From assembly GCA_034659135.1 (NCBI GenBank), contig JAYEGP010000070.1, positions 1 through 53,713 on the forward strand: 53,713 nt of DNA, in the 5' to 3' direction. The notes under the pieces were generated by a model. It was given only the letters and a program-made list of their open reading frames with translations, was not told the origin of the DNA and did no database searches. The translations under genes and the position numbers were made by a program. The stretch is from Campylobacterota bacterium (lineage in GTDB: Bacteria > Campylobacterota > Campylobacteria > Campylobacterales > Sulfurimonadaceae). Below, piece after piece: positions 44,433-53,713 of the stretch; position 1 is the first letter of the stretch; every line of letters starts with the position of its first letter.

Positions 44433-45631
44433 GACCTTACCTTTAAGCGTGCAAACTTACGTTTACCAACTTGCAGAATATATTCACCTGCTTCAAGTTG
44501 CAACTGCTCATCGCCTACTTTTTCTTGATCTATTTTAACAGCGCCTTGCTTAATATCACGACGGGCTTGTGAAGTTGATGGGCTAATTAAGCACTCTTGT
44601 AACGCTTTAGCAATCCAAATCGGACCATCTAATTCAAATGATACAATATCTGCTGGAATCTGACTTTTTGCGTGAACATTATCAAATTCAGTCTTAGCAC
44701 CATCAGCAGCCACTTTTCCATGAAAACGTTCTACAATTTCAAGTGCGAGTGCCTCTTTAACTTTTTTAGGATGCTCAGAGCCATCTTCAACACCTTTTTT
44801 TAAGCGTGAGATTTCATCAAGAGTCCGTGAACTTAAAAGCTCATAATAGCGCCACATCAAGTCGTCTGAAATACTCAACACCTTTCCAAACATATCATTT
44901 GGTGCATCAGTAACACCAATGTAGTTATTTAAAGATTTACTCATCTTTTGCACACCATCTAGGCCTTCAAGAATAGGCATCATTAAGACAGACTGCTCTT
45001 TTCCTACCTGATAGGTACGTTGAAGATGACGACCCATCAATAAGTTAAACTTCTGATCTGTTCCACCAATCTCAACATCACTTTTTAAATGGACACTATC
45101 AAAGCCTTGAAGTAATGGATAGAGAAATTCACTAATGGAAATCGATGTTCCACTTTTATAACGCTTTTCAAAGTCATCACGCTCTAGCATACGTGCAACA
45201 TTAAACGTAGTTGTTAACTCTAGCATTCCTGCTGCACCCAGTGGATTGATCCACTCTGCATTAAAGACAACGTCTGTTTTTTCAGGATCTAATATCTTAA
45301 AAACCTGTTCTTTATAACTTTTTGCATTCTCTTGTATGTCAGCAGGAAGCAATTTTTTTCGCGTTTCACTTTTTCCTGTAGGATCTCCAATTTGAGCGGT
45401 AAAATCTCCAATAAGAAACTGTATGTGTGCCCCATACTTTTGAAAAGCAGCCAATTTATGCAGCAATACCGTATGTCCTAAATGTAAATCAGGTGCGGTA
45501 GGGTCAAAACCACATTTTACAGTATAGGTTTTTCCCTCTTCAAAATAAGCTTTTAAAAGCTTCTCAATACGCTCTTCATCTATAATTTCTGCAGATCCTC
45601 TACGAATCTCTCTTAGTGCTTCTTCAATCAT
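44429..45631 (-). CDS. tyrS: Tyrosine--tRNA ligase
   Basis: 400 aa. HLGH, KMSKS and a C-terminal S4 domain. Confidence 0.95.
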   Translation of the reverse strand: MIEEALREIRRGSAEIIDEERIEKLLKAYFEEGKTYTVKCGFDPTAPDLHLGHTVLLHKLAAFQKYGAHIQFLIGDFTAQIGDPTGKSETRKKLLPADIQENAKSYKEQVFKILDPEKTDVVFNAEWINPLGAAGMLELTTTFNVARMLERDDFEKRYKSGTSISISEFLYPLLQGFDSVHLKSDVEIGGTDQKFNLLMGRHLQRTYQVGKEQSVLMMPILEGLDGVQKMSKSLNNYIGVTDAPNDMFGKVLSISDDLMWRYYELLSSRTLDEISRLKKGVEDGSEHPKKVKEALALEIVERFHGKVAADGAKTEFDNVHAKSQIPADIVSFELDGPIWIAKALQECLISPSTSQARRDIKQGAVKIDQEKVGDEQLQLEAGEYILQVGKRKFARLKVRS

Positions 45632-45651
45632 TATTTTCCTAAATTTTTTCT

Positions 45652-47865
45652 CTATGTACTACGATACGCATCATCAGTTCGAATAAACTGTATGACTTTA
45701 ATTTTTTGCTCTATTTTAGCGCGTAGGCGGTTAATATCAGCTTCTGCATTTTGAAATTCTATCTCACAGAGTTGAATATGCTCTTCTTTCTCTTTTCCAA
45801 GTTCAATAGAGTTAATATCACACCCTTGTTTGGCTAAATGGGTTAAAAATCCAGCCAAAGCCCCTTTGGCATTTTGCATACTTGCAATCAAATGATAATG
45901 GTGTATTTTCTCTTTTGCCCATCGTACAAAAATCATGGGTTCATGATTTTCAATCATAAGCGCAGCATTTTTACACATTTTATGATGGACATGCGCCTTT
46001 CCCTTTTGTAAAAAAGCCACAATCTCATCGCCAGTTTTTGGATGACAGCAGTAATCAAAAACGGCATCGACGATAGCATGATTACTTATAAATTCTAAAG
46101 AGCCAAAATGATGTAATTTTAATTTAAAACGGCGACTTGCCACAAAACTTTTAAACCGATTAGCATGTTTCATATCTTCTACATATTTGTAAATCGCCTC
46201 TTTTAATTTTTCACGATCATTTGCAAGTTTTGAAGGATCTTCACAATTAATCTTAGTAAACCATTTCTCAATTTGACTGACCTTCATACCCATAATTGTC
46301 GCCATAATATTAATACCGCTTACTGCATCGATATTATGTAATCTCTGATTACAATTTGCCCTAATATTGCTTTTGGCACGGGACGTCTTAACTGCATCTA
46401 CCCAGCTACAACGAGTAATTTTCTTACCGCCTGTCATAATTTTCACAATATCACCATTGTGAAGTTCACTCAATAGACTCATTTTCTCTTTATTAACGAG
46501 ACAACTCTCTGCCGTATCTCCAATTTCACTATGTACTGCATAAGCAAAATCAAGTGCTACAGCACCACGTGGCAAGGTAAAAGGTTTACCTTTTGGAGAG
46601 AAGACACTAATATCTTCACTATAAAGGTCATTTTTAATAAGTTCATAAAAATCTTCAACCGATTCATTCTGATATTGAAGGTTATTTAGCCAATCAAGAT
46701 TGACACCACTATCGCCACCTTTGTATTTCCAATGTGCGGCGACACCAAGCTCTGCTGTTTCATGCATCTCATAGGTTCGAATTTGTACTTCAAAGATAGC
46801 GGTATTATCAAAAACCGTTGTATGTAAGGTCTGATATCCATTATCTTTAGCTAAAGAGATATAATCTTTAAAACGTGAACTTAGAGGCTGAAAATTTAGA
46901 TGAATAAGTCCTAAAACCTTATAGCAATCAATTGGTTTTTTCACCATAATACGTACGGCTAAAAGATCAAGTATCTCATCAATATTGATCCCCTTACGCT
47001 GCATTTTCAGATAAATAGAATAGTGGTGCTTCACACGACTAATAATCTCAAATTCATCATCTATAAAACCATTTTCAATCATCATTTGATACAGATGATG
47101 ACGAAAAGCATTCAATTTGAGTTCAATAGCATGATAGTTTTTACTTAAATAATCATCAATCATCTGCTTATCTTCTGGAAAAAGATAACGAAAGCTCAAA
47201 TCTTCAAGAAGTTTCTTCATAAAAGAGATACCTAAACGGTGTGCAATAGGCGCATAAACAACCAAGGTCTCTTCTGCAATCCTATGTTGCTTATGTGCAG
47301 GTAAAGCATGTAGTGTTAACATATTATGAAGACGATCACAAAGCTTGACAACAAGCACACGAACATCTTGAATCGATGCTAAGAGCATTTTTCTAAAAGT
47401 TAACGCAGAAACTACTAGTTTTTCATCAGAATTAGAAGGAATCAATTCAGCATCACGAATAAGATCGATTTTAGTCATTCCCTCAACAAGATGGGCAACA
47501 TCATTACCATAAGCACTTGCAATCATATCTGGCGTACAATGGGTATCTTCAATAAGGTCATGCATTAAGGCTGCGATGACCATAGACTCATCTTCAGTTA
47601 TCGAAGCAACAATGGCTGCTACTAAAATAGGATGGATAATATAAGGCTCACCACTACGACGATACTGGCCTTCATGTTCACGCGTTGCCAAAGCTAGAGC
47701 TTTTTTAGTATTTTCAGTTTGGGGTATTAAAGTATAGAGGTATTGTGTGGCATCTTGAACCGTATGAATATATTTAATTTTTTCGATATCAATATGGTTC
47801 AAAACGGCTAACCTATTTTTATTCTTTATCAATGAATCCGGTAATTTTAATGACACCTTCAGCAA
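45652..47865 (-). CDS. spoT: Bifunctional (p)ppGpp synthetase/hydrolase (RelA/SpoT homologue)
   Basis: 737 aa. HD domain ([17 protein letters not shown]), synthetase domain ([15 protein letters not shown]), TGS and ACT regions. The annotated ATG overlaps rpoZ by 47 nt, so the true start may be further downstream. Confidence 0.9.
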   Translation of the reverse strand: MLKVSLKLPDSLIKNKNRLAVLNHIDIEKIKYIHTVQDATQYLYTLIPQTENTKKALALATREHEGQYRRSGEPYIIHPILVAAIVASITEDESMVIAALMHDLIEDTHCTPDMIASAYGNDVAHLVEGMTKIDLIRDAELIPSNSDEKLVVSALTFRKMLLASIQDVRVLVVKLCDRLHNMLTLHALPAHKQHRIAEETLVVYAPIAHRLGISFMKKLLEDLSFRYLFPEDKQMIDDYLSKNYHAIELKLNAFRHHLYQMMIENGFIDDEFEIISRVKHHYSIYLKMQRKGINIDEILDLLAVRIMVKKPIDCYKVLGLIHLNFQPLSSRFKDYISLAKDNGYQTLHTTVFDNTAIFEVQIRTYEMHETAELGVAAHWKYKGGDSGVNLDWLNNLQYQNESVEDFYELIKNDLYSEDISVFSPKGKPFTLPRGAVALDFAYAVHSEIGDTAESCLVNKEKMSLLSELHNGDIVKIMTGGKKITRCSWVDAVKTSRAKSNIRANCNQRLHNIDAVSGINIMATIMGMKVSQIEKWFTKINCEDPSKLANDREKLKEAIYKYVEDMKHANRFKSFVASRRFKLKLHHFGSLEFISNHAIVDAVFDYCCHPKTGDEIVAFLQKGKAHVHHKMCKNAALMIENHEPMIFVRWAKEKIHHYHLIASMQNAKGALAGFLTHLAKQGCDINSIELGKEKEEHIQLCEIEFQNAEADINRLRAKIEQKIKVIQFIRTDDAYRST

Positions 47866-48034
47866 TTTCCATGAGTGCTAAATCAGCACTTTTCATTGAT
47901 TTGACATCAATATTTAATTTTGATGGCGCTCCGTCCTCAAGCTGTTGAGAGCGTTTTGCTACTGCTAATGCTAATTGATAACGATCGATATTTGCACTTG
48001 CTAGTGCCTTTGCTGTTAATTCTTCTAATCTCAT
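47819..48034 (-). CDS. rpoZ: RNA polymerase omega subunit
   Basis: 71 aa. IDRYQLALAVAKRSQQL. It sits between pyrH and spoT, as in Helicobacter and Campylobacter. Confidence 0.85.
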   Translation of the reverse strand: MRLEELTAKALASANIDRYQLALAVAKRSQQLEDGAPSKLNIDVKSMKSADLALMEIAEGVIKITGFIDKE

Positions 48035-48049
48035 TTTATTTCCTTATAT

Positions 48050-48781
<732 letters not shown>

Positions 48782-48984
48782 TTAAATAAATCTGGGAATT
48801 ATATCTTCTTATCGCTTTAAAATTACTTTGCTATATCAATAGTATGTGAGCATATAACTCACAATGTGTCATAGAGTTACGACTTGTATAAACAAAAAAA
48901 TTTAACTCCAGATATATCTGATGATTCTGTATTCAATAATGCTAAAGTTGGCTATACTATCAATTATATAATCAAGGAAGACTC

Positions 48985-49521
48985 ATGAAAAAATTACAAA
49001 GAATCATCTTATTTCTTATCCCTTTATATCTACTCAGTGGATGTTCATCCATTCAAGTACAAACTGACTATGACCCCAATATTGACCTAAAACCTTTGGA
49101 CACATTTATCGTTTTAGAAGATACTCAAGAAAATAGAAACACCTTGACACAAGATCGTGTCACATTGGCCTTACAAGAAGTTCTGCTTAGTAAAAACTAT
49201 ATTGAAGCTTCAAAAAAAGAGGCTAATTTTTATGTGATTTATCATATCAATGTTCAAGATAAGACACGTCTTGATACTGACTACCAGCGCATTGGTCTCT
49301 ATCCTTATGGCTATGGGGGAACAATGATAGCAACAACACGTGAAGTTAATTATGAAGAGGGACGTCTTATTATTGATATTATGAACCCAAATACAAAAAA
49401 AATCATCTGGAGAGGTATGGCTGTTGATCGTATCAAATCTTTTGATTCACCAGAAAAACGAAGCGAATATATTAAAAAAGTCGTTCAGAAAATACTCGAA
49501 AAATTTCCAAATAACAGCTAA
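48985..49521 (+). CDS. Lipoprotein (DUF4136-like)
   Basis: 178 aa with lipobox LLSGCSS. The family call rests on overall pattern only. Confidence 0.55.
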   Translation: MKKLQRIILFLIPLYLLSGCSSIQVQTDYDPNIDLKPLDTFIVLEDTQENRNTLTQDRVTLALQEVLLSKNYIEASKKEANFYVIYHINVQDKTRLDTDYQRIGLYPYGYGGTMIATTREVNYEEGRLIIDIMNPNTKKIIWRGMAVDRIKSFDSPEKRSEYIKKVVQKILEKFPNNS

Positions 49522-49650
49522 AACAGAGTAAGTTTTTCAAACTCACCTGAAAAAAAAGCAAAAAACATAAAATATTAAAGTTTTCATACAGAATTATAAT
49601 CAGGGTTATTATTATAAGTTTTTTTACTTTAGATTGACTACAATGGCATA

Positions 49651-49660
49651 TTACATGTAA
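49651..49660. repeat. Iterated palindrome TTACATGTAA (exact)
   Basis: Intergenic, 8 nt upstream of the M3 peptidase ATG (TTACATGTAAGGATCATAATG). TACAAT lies 6 nt upstream. Confidence 0.95.
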
Positions 49661-49668
49661 GGATCATA

Positions 49669-51624
49669 ATGAATAACTCACCTTTTTTAGAATTTAATAT
49701 CAATTTAGATACTTTCATTGAAGAGCTGACGCTAAAACTTAATATGAACAGAAAAAAAATCGACTCTCTTTTAGCAATAAAAGAGAAAGATTACGCTAAT
49801 TTTATCAAGCCTTTTGAACTCATGGATGAATATTTAGATCAGTTTTTTACGCCGCTATCGCATATCAATGCAGTTAACAACTCTGAACAGACTCAAAAGG
49901 TTTATGCAGATTCACTACCACTCATGAGTGCTTATGGTACAGAAATTGGTCAAAACCTTGATATTTTCAAAGCCATTCAATTCATTAAAGAGAATGAATA
50001 TGAAAACTTAAACTATGAACAACAGCGTGTTATTGATCTCAATATTTTGCATTTTGAACTTAGTGGTGCTGCACTCGATGCTAGTAAAAAAGAGCGTCTC
50101 AAAGCGATTAATTTGCGAAAAAGTGAACTCAGTAATGACTTTTCTCAAAATGTTCTCGATGCCACTAATGTTTATGAAAAAATTATCACTAATGAAGCTG
50201 ATATCAAAGGAATTCCTCAGAGCGATTGTGACAGTGCTCAATGTGAAGTTGATGGAAAACCTGCATGGAAATTCACGCTTCAAATGCCTTCATATATTGC
50301 GTATATGACCTATGGGGCAAATCGAGAGATTCGTGAAGAACTCTACAAAGCTTACACAACACGTGCACCTCAAAATGCGAAAATCATTGAAGAACTTCTT
50401 TCTCTTCGACTTGAGAAGGCTCAACTGCTCGGATTTAAAAGCTACGCTGAGCTTTCACTAACAAGTAAAATGGCTCCAGACACCGATAGTGTTGTCAATT
50501 TTCTAGACGAACTTGCAAGTAAATCTCATAAACAAGCTCAAAAAGAGCTTAAAATACTTCAAGAGATGAGTCAAGAACCCCTACTGAGTTCTGATACCGC
50601 TTTTTATTCGCAAAAACTTAAAAAAGAGCGTTATTCACTTGATGAGGAGGAGTATCGTCCTTATTTTGAACAACATAACGTACTAAGCGGTCTATTTAAT
50701 TTTTTAAATAAACTCTTTGGCATCCGTTTTGAAAGTCTTACATGTAAGCTTTGGCATGAGAAAGCATCTGCCTATGATCTGTATGTCAACGATACATTAC
50801 AATCTCGACTCTATCTCGATTTAGAAGCTCGTAAGGATAAACGTGGTGGTGCATGGATGCACAATTGGCAAGCACACTGCAGTAATGAGAAAGGAGAAGA
50901 GCAACTCTCTTCAGTTTTTGTAGTCTGTAATTTTCCAGCTTCATCAGAATCAACCCCTTCACTACTGCGTCATGATGATATTGTGACACTTTTTCATGAG
51001 ATGGGACATGCCCTTCATCACATGCTCTCAACTGTCAATGAAAATGGAGTAAGCGGTGTTAATGGAGTCGAATGGGACGCCGTAGAATTCCCTTCTCAAT
51101 TTTTAGAAAATTTTGCCTATGAGCCAAAAGTTTTAAAACTTTTTGCGAAACACTATCAGAGTAATGAAGTGATTAGTGATGAGATGATATCTCGACTTGA
51201 ACGTACCAAGAATTTTCAATCAGCTATGTCAATGTTACGCCAGTTAGAGTTTTCGAGCTTTGATTTCAAACTGCATATGAGCTCATATAGTGGTGATGAG
51301 GTTCAGAACTTACTCGATAGCATAAGAGAAGCAACCTCTCTTATAAAACCGCCATCATATAATAAATTTCAAAATGGCTTTACTCATATATTTTCTGGTG
51401 GATATGCAGCAGGTTACTACAGCTACAAATGGGCAGAAGTTCTCAGTGCTGATGCCTACTTTGCTATTGTCGATCAAGGTATATTCAATACAAAACTAGG
51501 AAAAGATTATTTAGACATTATTCTATCCAAAGGTGGAAGTAAAAGTATGCAAGAGCTTTTCTATGAACTCTTAGGAAGAGAACCACAAACACAAAGTCTT
51601 CTACGACTTAACGGGATTGTGTGA
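49669..51624 (+). CDS. M3-family zinc oligopeptidase (oligopeptidase A / Dcp type)
   Basis: 651 aa. HEMGHALHH followed by EFPSQFLEN. Confidence 0.9.
   Translation: MNNSPFLEFNINLDTFIEELTLKLNMNRKKIDSLLAIKEKDYANFIKPFELMDEYLDQFFTPLSHINAVNNSEQTQKVYADSLPLMSAYGTEIGQNLDIFKAIQFIKENEYENLNYEQQRVIDLNILHFELSGAALDASKKERLKAINLRKSELSNDFSQNVLDATNVYEKIITNEADIKGIPQSDCDSAQCEVDGKPAWKFTLQMPSYIAYMTYGANREIREELYKAYTTRAPQNAKIIEELLSLRLEKAQLLGFKSYAELSLTSKMAPDTDSVVNFLDELASKSHKQAQKELKILQEMSQEPLLSSDTAFYSQKLKKERYSLDEEEYRPYFEQHNVLSGLFNFLNKLFGIRFESLTCKLWHEKASAYDLYVNDTLQSRLYLDLEARKDKRGGAWMHNWQAHCSNEKGEEQLSSVFVVCNFPASSESTPSLLRHDDIVTLFHEMGHALHHMLSTVNENGVSGVNGVEWDAVEFPSQFLENFAYEPKVLKLFAKHYQSNEVISDEMISRLERTKNFQSAMSMLRQLEFSSFDFKLHMSSYSGDEVQNLLDSIREATSLIKPPSYNKFQNGFTHIFSGGYAAGYYSYKWAEVLSADAYFAIVDQGIFNTKLGKDYLDIILSKGGSKSMQELFYELLGREPQTQSLLRLNGIV
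50738..50747. repeat. Iterated palindrome TTACATGTAA (exact, full 12-mer CTTACATGTAAG)
   Basis: Inside the M3 peptidase CDS, read as L-T-C-K. Confidence 0.95.
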
Positions 51625-52637
51625 TACGTTCTCTAATTTTACTTATATTTGTAACATCACTCTGGGGAGATATCGTGCGCATAGCAAGCTACAATGTTGA
51701 AAATTTATTTGATCTCAACTACAACCATAGTGAATATGTTGAATATATCCCTAATACCTCTTGGAAATGGAATAAAAAAAATCAAGGAATAAAACTAAAA
51801 AATATCTCAAGAGTGATTACGGATATTCAGCCAGATATTATTGGACTTCAGGAGATAGAATCAGAAGAGGTTCTAAAAGATCTCAAAAAAACAGTTCAGC
51901 AAAATGGTCTTTACTATAAATATCACGCCATTGCAGATGCAAAAAACACTAATATTAAAGTAGCATTACTTAGTCGTTATCCCATTATATATATCAAAGA
52001 ACTATGGGTTACATCAAGCAGAAGACATCGCAATATACTAGAAGCTAAACTCACTATAAACGGTGAATCGCTTTATATTTTTGTCAATCACTGGAAAGCG
52101 AAAAGTGGCCCAGAGAGCAAACGCATTGTCTCTGCTAAAGTATTAAAACAGAGAATCGATGAACTCGGACATAATAAAGCCATTATTATTATGGGCGATC
52201 TTAATAGTCACTATGAAGAATATCTACTGTTTAAGAAAAAACGTAAACATAACGATACACAAGGGATTACTGGAATCAATCATATACTTAAAACAATGAA
52301 TAGCAACACTCCTGTCTTAATCAATGATCTTTTTACATGTAAGGACTGTCTTTATAATCTCTGGTATGATTTAGACGTACCAGAGCGTTGGACACATTCC
52401 TTCAGAGGTTCTAAGGAATCACTTGATAATATTATTATTTCAAAAGGTTTAGTAGATAAAAAAGGTATCGACTATATCCCCAATACATTTCAACGTTTTA
52501 ATCCTAAGTATCTTATCAAATATAAAAAACCCTATCGTTGGCAGAAAAGTCGTAACTATCCCAAACATCATACAGGAAAAGGTTACTCAGATCATTTTCC
52601 AATCTTTGCAGATTTTCAAACTACAGACACCAATTAA
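51621..52637 (+). CDS. Endonuclease/exonuclease/phosphatase (EEP) family protein, secreted
   Basis: 338 aa. Signal peptide, SYNVENLFD, GLQEIES, GDLNS and SDHFPI. Confidence 0.75.
   Translation: MIRSLILLIFVTSLWGDIVRIASYNVENLFDLNYNHSEYVEYIPNTSWKWNKKNQGIKLKNISRVITDIQPDIIGLQEIESEEVLKDLKKTVQQNGLYYKYHAIADAKNTNIKVALLSRYPIIYIKELWVTSSRRHRNILEAKLTINGESLYIFVNHWKAKSGPESKRIVSAKVLKQRIDELGHNKAIIIMGDLNSHYEEYLLFKKKRKHNDTQGITGINHILKTMNSNTPVLINDLFTCKDCLYNLWYDLDVPERWTHSFRGSKESLDNIIISKGLVDKKGIDYIPNTFQRFNPKYLIKYKKPYRWQKSRNYPKHHTGKGYSDHFPIFADFQTTDTN
52333..52342. repeat. Iterated palindrome TTACATGTAA (exact)
   Basis: Inside the EEP nuclease CDS, read as F-T-C-K. The flank gives TTACATGTAAG. Confidence 0.95.
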
Positions 52638-53295
52638 TTATTTTTTTGCCATGTGATTCTAAATAAGTATTAGTTTTCGAAAATGGCTTTGAACCAAAAA
52701 AACCTCGATAAGAAGAGAGTGGTGATGGATGAGGAGCTTCAAGAACTAAATGCCTATTTGAATCAATCAAAGATCGCTTTGACTGCGCAGGACGACCCCA
52801 TAAAATAAAAACTACATGTAAGGCTTCATCACTAATTTTTTTAATGACTGCATCTGTAAATTTCTCCCATCCATAGCCTCGATGAGAATTTGCTTCATTT
52901 TCCCTAACAGTTAATACAGTGTTAAGTAAAAAAACTCCTTGCGTAGCCCAGGGAGTTAAATTACCAGATTTTGATATGTGACATCCAATATCATCCTCTA
53001 GCTCTTTAAAAATATTTAACAAGGATGGAGGATTTTTTATATCAGCTTCTACAGAAAAAGAAAGACCATGAGCCTGACCAACACCATGGTAAGGATCCTG
53101 ACCTAAAATAATCACTTTAATCTCTTTAAAGGCTGTCATATGAAAAGCATTAAAAATATAATTTGATTCTGGAAAAATTGTGTAACTTTTTTGCTGATCC
53201 ATAAGAAAAGAGTTCAAATTCAAAAAATACTCTTTTTGAAATTCTTCATGTAAAAGTTCTAACCAATCGGATGGTAATTCTGTATTAATTGTCAT
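52621..53295 (-). CDS. ung: Uracil-DNA glycosylase
   Basis: GQDPYHG, the HPSPLS motif and LLNTVLTV. The start is trimmed to MTINTELPSDW (ATG at 53295) because the track ORF (to 53379) runs into the 5S rRNA gene. Confidence 0.9.
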   Translation of the reverse strand: MTINTELPSDWLELLHEEFQKEYFLNLNSFLMDQQKSYTIFPESNYIFNAFHMTAFKEIKVIILGQDPYHGVGQAHGLSFSVEADIKNPPSLLNIFKELEDDIGCHISKSGNLTPWATQGVFLLNTVLTVRENEANSHRGYGWEKFTDAVIKKISDEALHVVFILWGRPAQSKRSLIDSNRHLVLEAPHPSPLSSYRGFFGSKPFSKTNTYLESHGKKIINWCL

Positions 53296-53353
53296 AAAGC
53301 ATTGTAATAAGATAAAAATAAAAAGAAAATAAAGAAGTAAAAACCCAAGAGAA

Positions 53354-53468
53354 CTATGCGGCGACCTACGTTTCCACACCTGAAAGGTGCAGTATTATCA
53401 GCGATGAGGGGCTTAGCTTCTGGGTTCGGAATGGAGCCAGGCGTTTCCCCCTCTCTGTAGCCACATAG
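53354..53468 (-). rRNA. rrf: 5S ribosomal RNA
   Basis: The reverse complement reads CTATGTGGC...GAAACGCCTGGCTCCATTCCGAACCCAGAAGCTAAGCCCC...GTAGGTCGCCGCATAG. Its 5' and 3' ends are complementary (helix I). About 115 nt. Confidence 0.85.
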
Positions 53469-53631
53469 ACAATTGGATTAAAGACTACGAGTAGTGCTTA
53501 ATCCAATTGCTTGGTGTATGAGAAGTTATTGAAAAAGTCAACTAATTTGTTTGTACTATAAAAAACAACTACATTCAAAAATGTCTTACCGATTGATATA
53601 CTCAATAAGGCAGTAACACGCGAATATTTGT

Positions 53632-53713
53632 TGAAAGAAGACAAACGGACTATTAGTACTGGTCAGCTAAACACATTACTGTGCGTACACACCCAGCCTA
53701 TCAAGCTTGTAGT
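53632..53713 (-). rRNA. rrl: 23S ribosomal RNA, 3' terminal part (continues beyond the window)
   Basis: The reverse complement GATAGGCTGGGTGTGTACGCACAGTAATGTGTTTAGCTGACCAGTACTAATAGTCCG matches the conserved 3' domain of 23S (E. coli GATAGGCCGGGTGTGTAAGCGCAGCGATGCGTTGAGCTAACCGGTACTAATGAACCG). The 3' boundary is approximate. Confidence 0.85.

Noticed and set aside
53296-53379. N-terminal 28 codons of the ORF-track ung gene (MWKRRSPHSSLGFLLLYFLFIFILLQCF)
   Set aside because: This extension runs into the 5S rRNA gene (53354-53468, same strand). The conserved Ung sequence starts at MTINTELPSDW, so the extension is an ORF-caller artefact.
53469-53631. Inverted repeat CAATTGGATTAA ... TTAATCCAATTG (about 53470-53510) between 5S and 23S
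   Set aside because: It lies in the rRNA operon spacer and is most simply a processing stem of the precursor rRNA, not an independent element.

Overview
This is an AT-rich chromosomal window with Campylobacterota-type synteny (tyrS-spoT-rpoZ-pyrH and rpsO-rrf2-flhA). It ends in the 3' end of an rRNA operon on the minus strand (23S 3' end plus 5S). All analysis was by eye, and no searches or statistics were run. Content from left to right: (1) A small accessory patch (1-4.7 kb). It holds a 5'-truncated PP2C (SiaA-like) phosphatase remnant, a HipA-like kinase with an XRE protein, a second diverged copy of the PP2C 3' end, a SiaB-like kinase with a SiaC-like DUF1987 protein, and an AraC regulator. 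(2) Housekeeping genes htpX and trpC, a TPR lipoprotein and a YkgJ-type protein. (3) A 13-gene Mrp-antiporter plus NuoBCDHI-like membrane complex (8.1-17.0 kb). Its NuoD-like subunit keeps only 2 of the 4 [NiFe] cysteines. That feature, the two antiporter-like subunits and the gene order resemble archaeal Mbx/MBS rather than a hydrogenase or complex I. It is transcribed divergently from an NSR/CoADR-like flavoprotein gene. (4) A methyltransferase gene and kdsB. (5) A co-directional 20-gene supercluster of about 17.7 kb (19.9-37.6 kb, minus strand). It encodes an Aer-like PAS protein, a soluble MCP with two signalling domains, a triple-CheW protein, CheB, a HEAT protein, CheR, two CheY, a CheZ-like protein, CheA, a CheW interrupted by a CZB domain, a STAS-like protein, a ParA-like ATPase, an orphan response regulator, two unknown proteins, a second SiaB/SiaC pair, an HD-GYP phosphodiesterase and a 512-aa coiled-coil protein. 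(6) Core genes: rpsO, rrf2, flhA, a DHH phosphoesterase, an amidase, an NMO-family gene, tyrS, spoT, rpoZ, pyrH, a lipoprotein, an M3 peptidase, an EEP nuclease and ung. The most unusual signal is not a gene. The palindrome TTACATGTAA (extended form CTTACATGTAA) occurs 14 times exactly and 5 more times with one outer mismatch. It lies on both strands, in two reading frames of unrelated genes and in intergenic DNA, and once as a perfect 28-bp double-copy palindrome between convergent genes. I saw no CRISPR array, transposase, integrase or tRNA.
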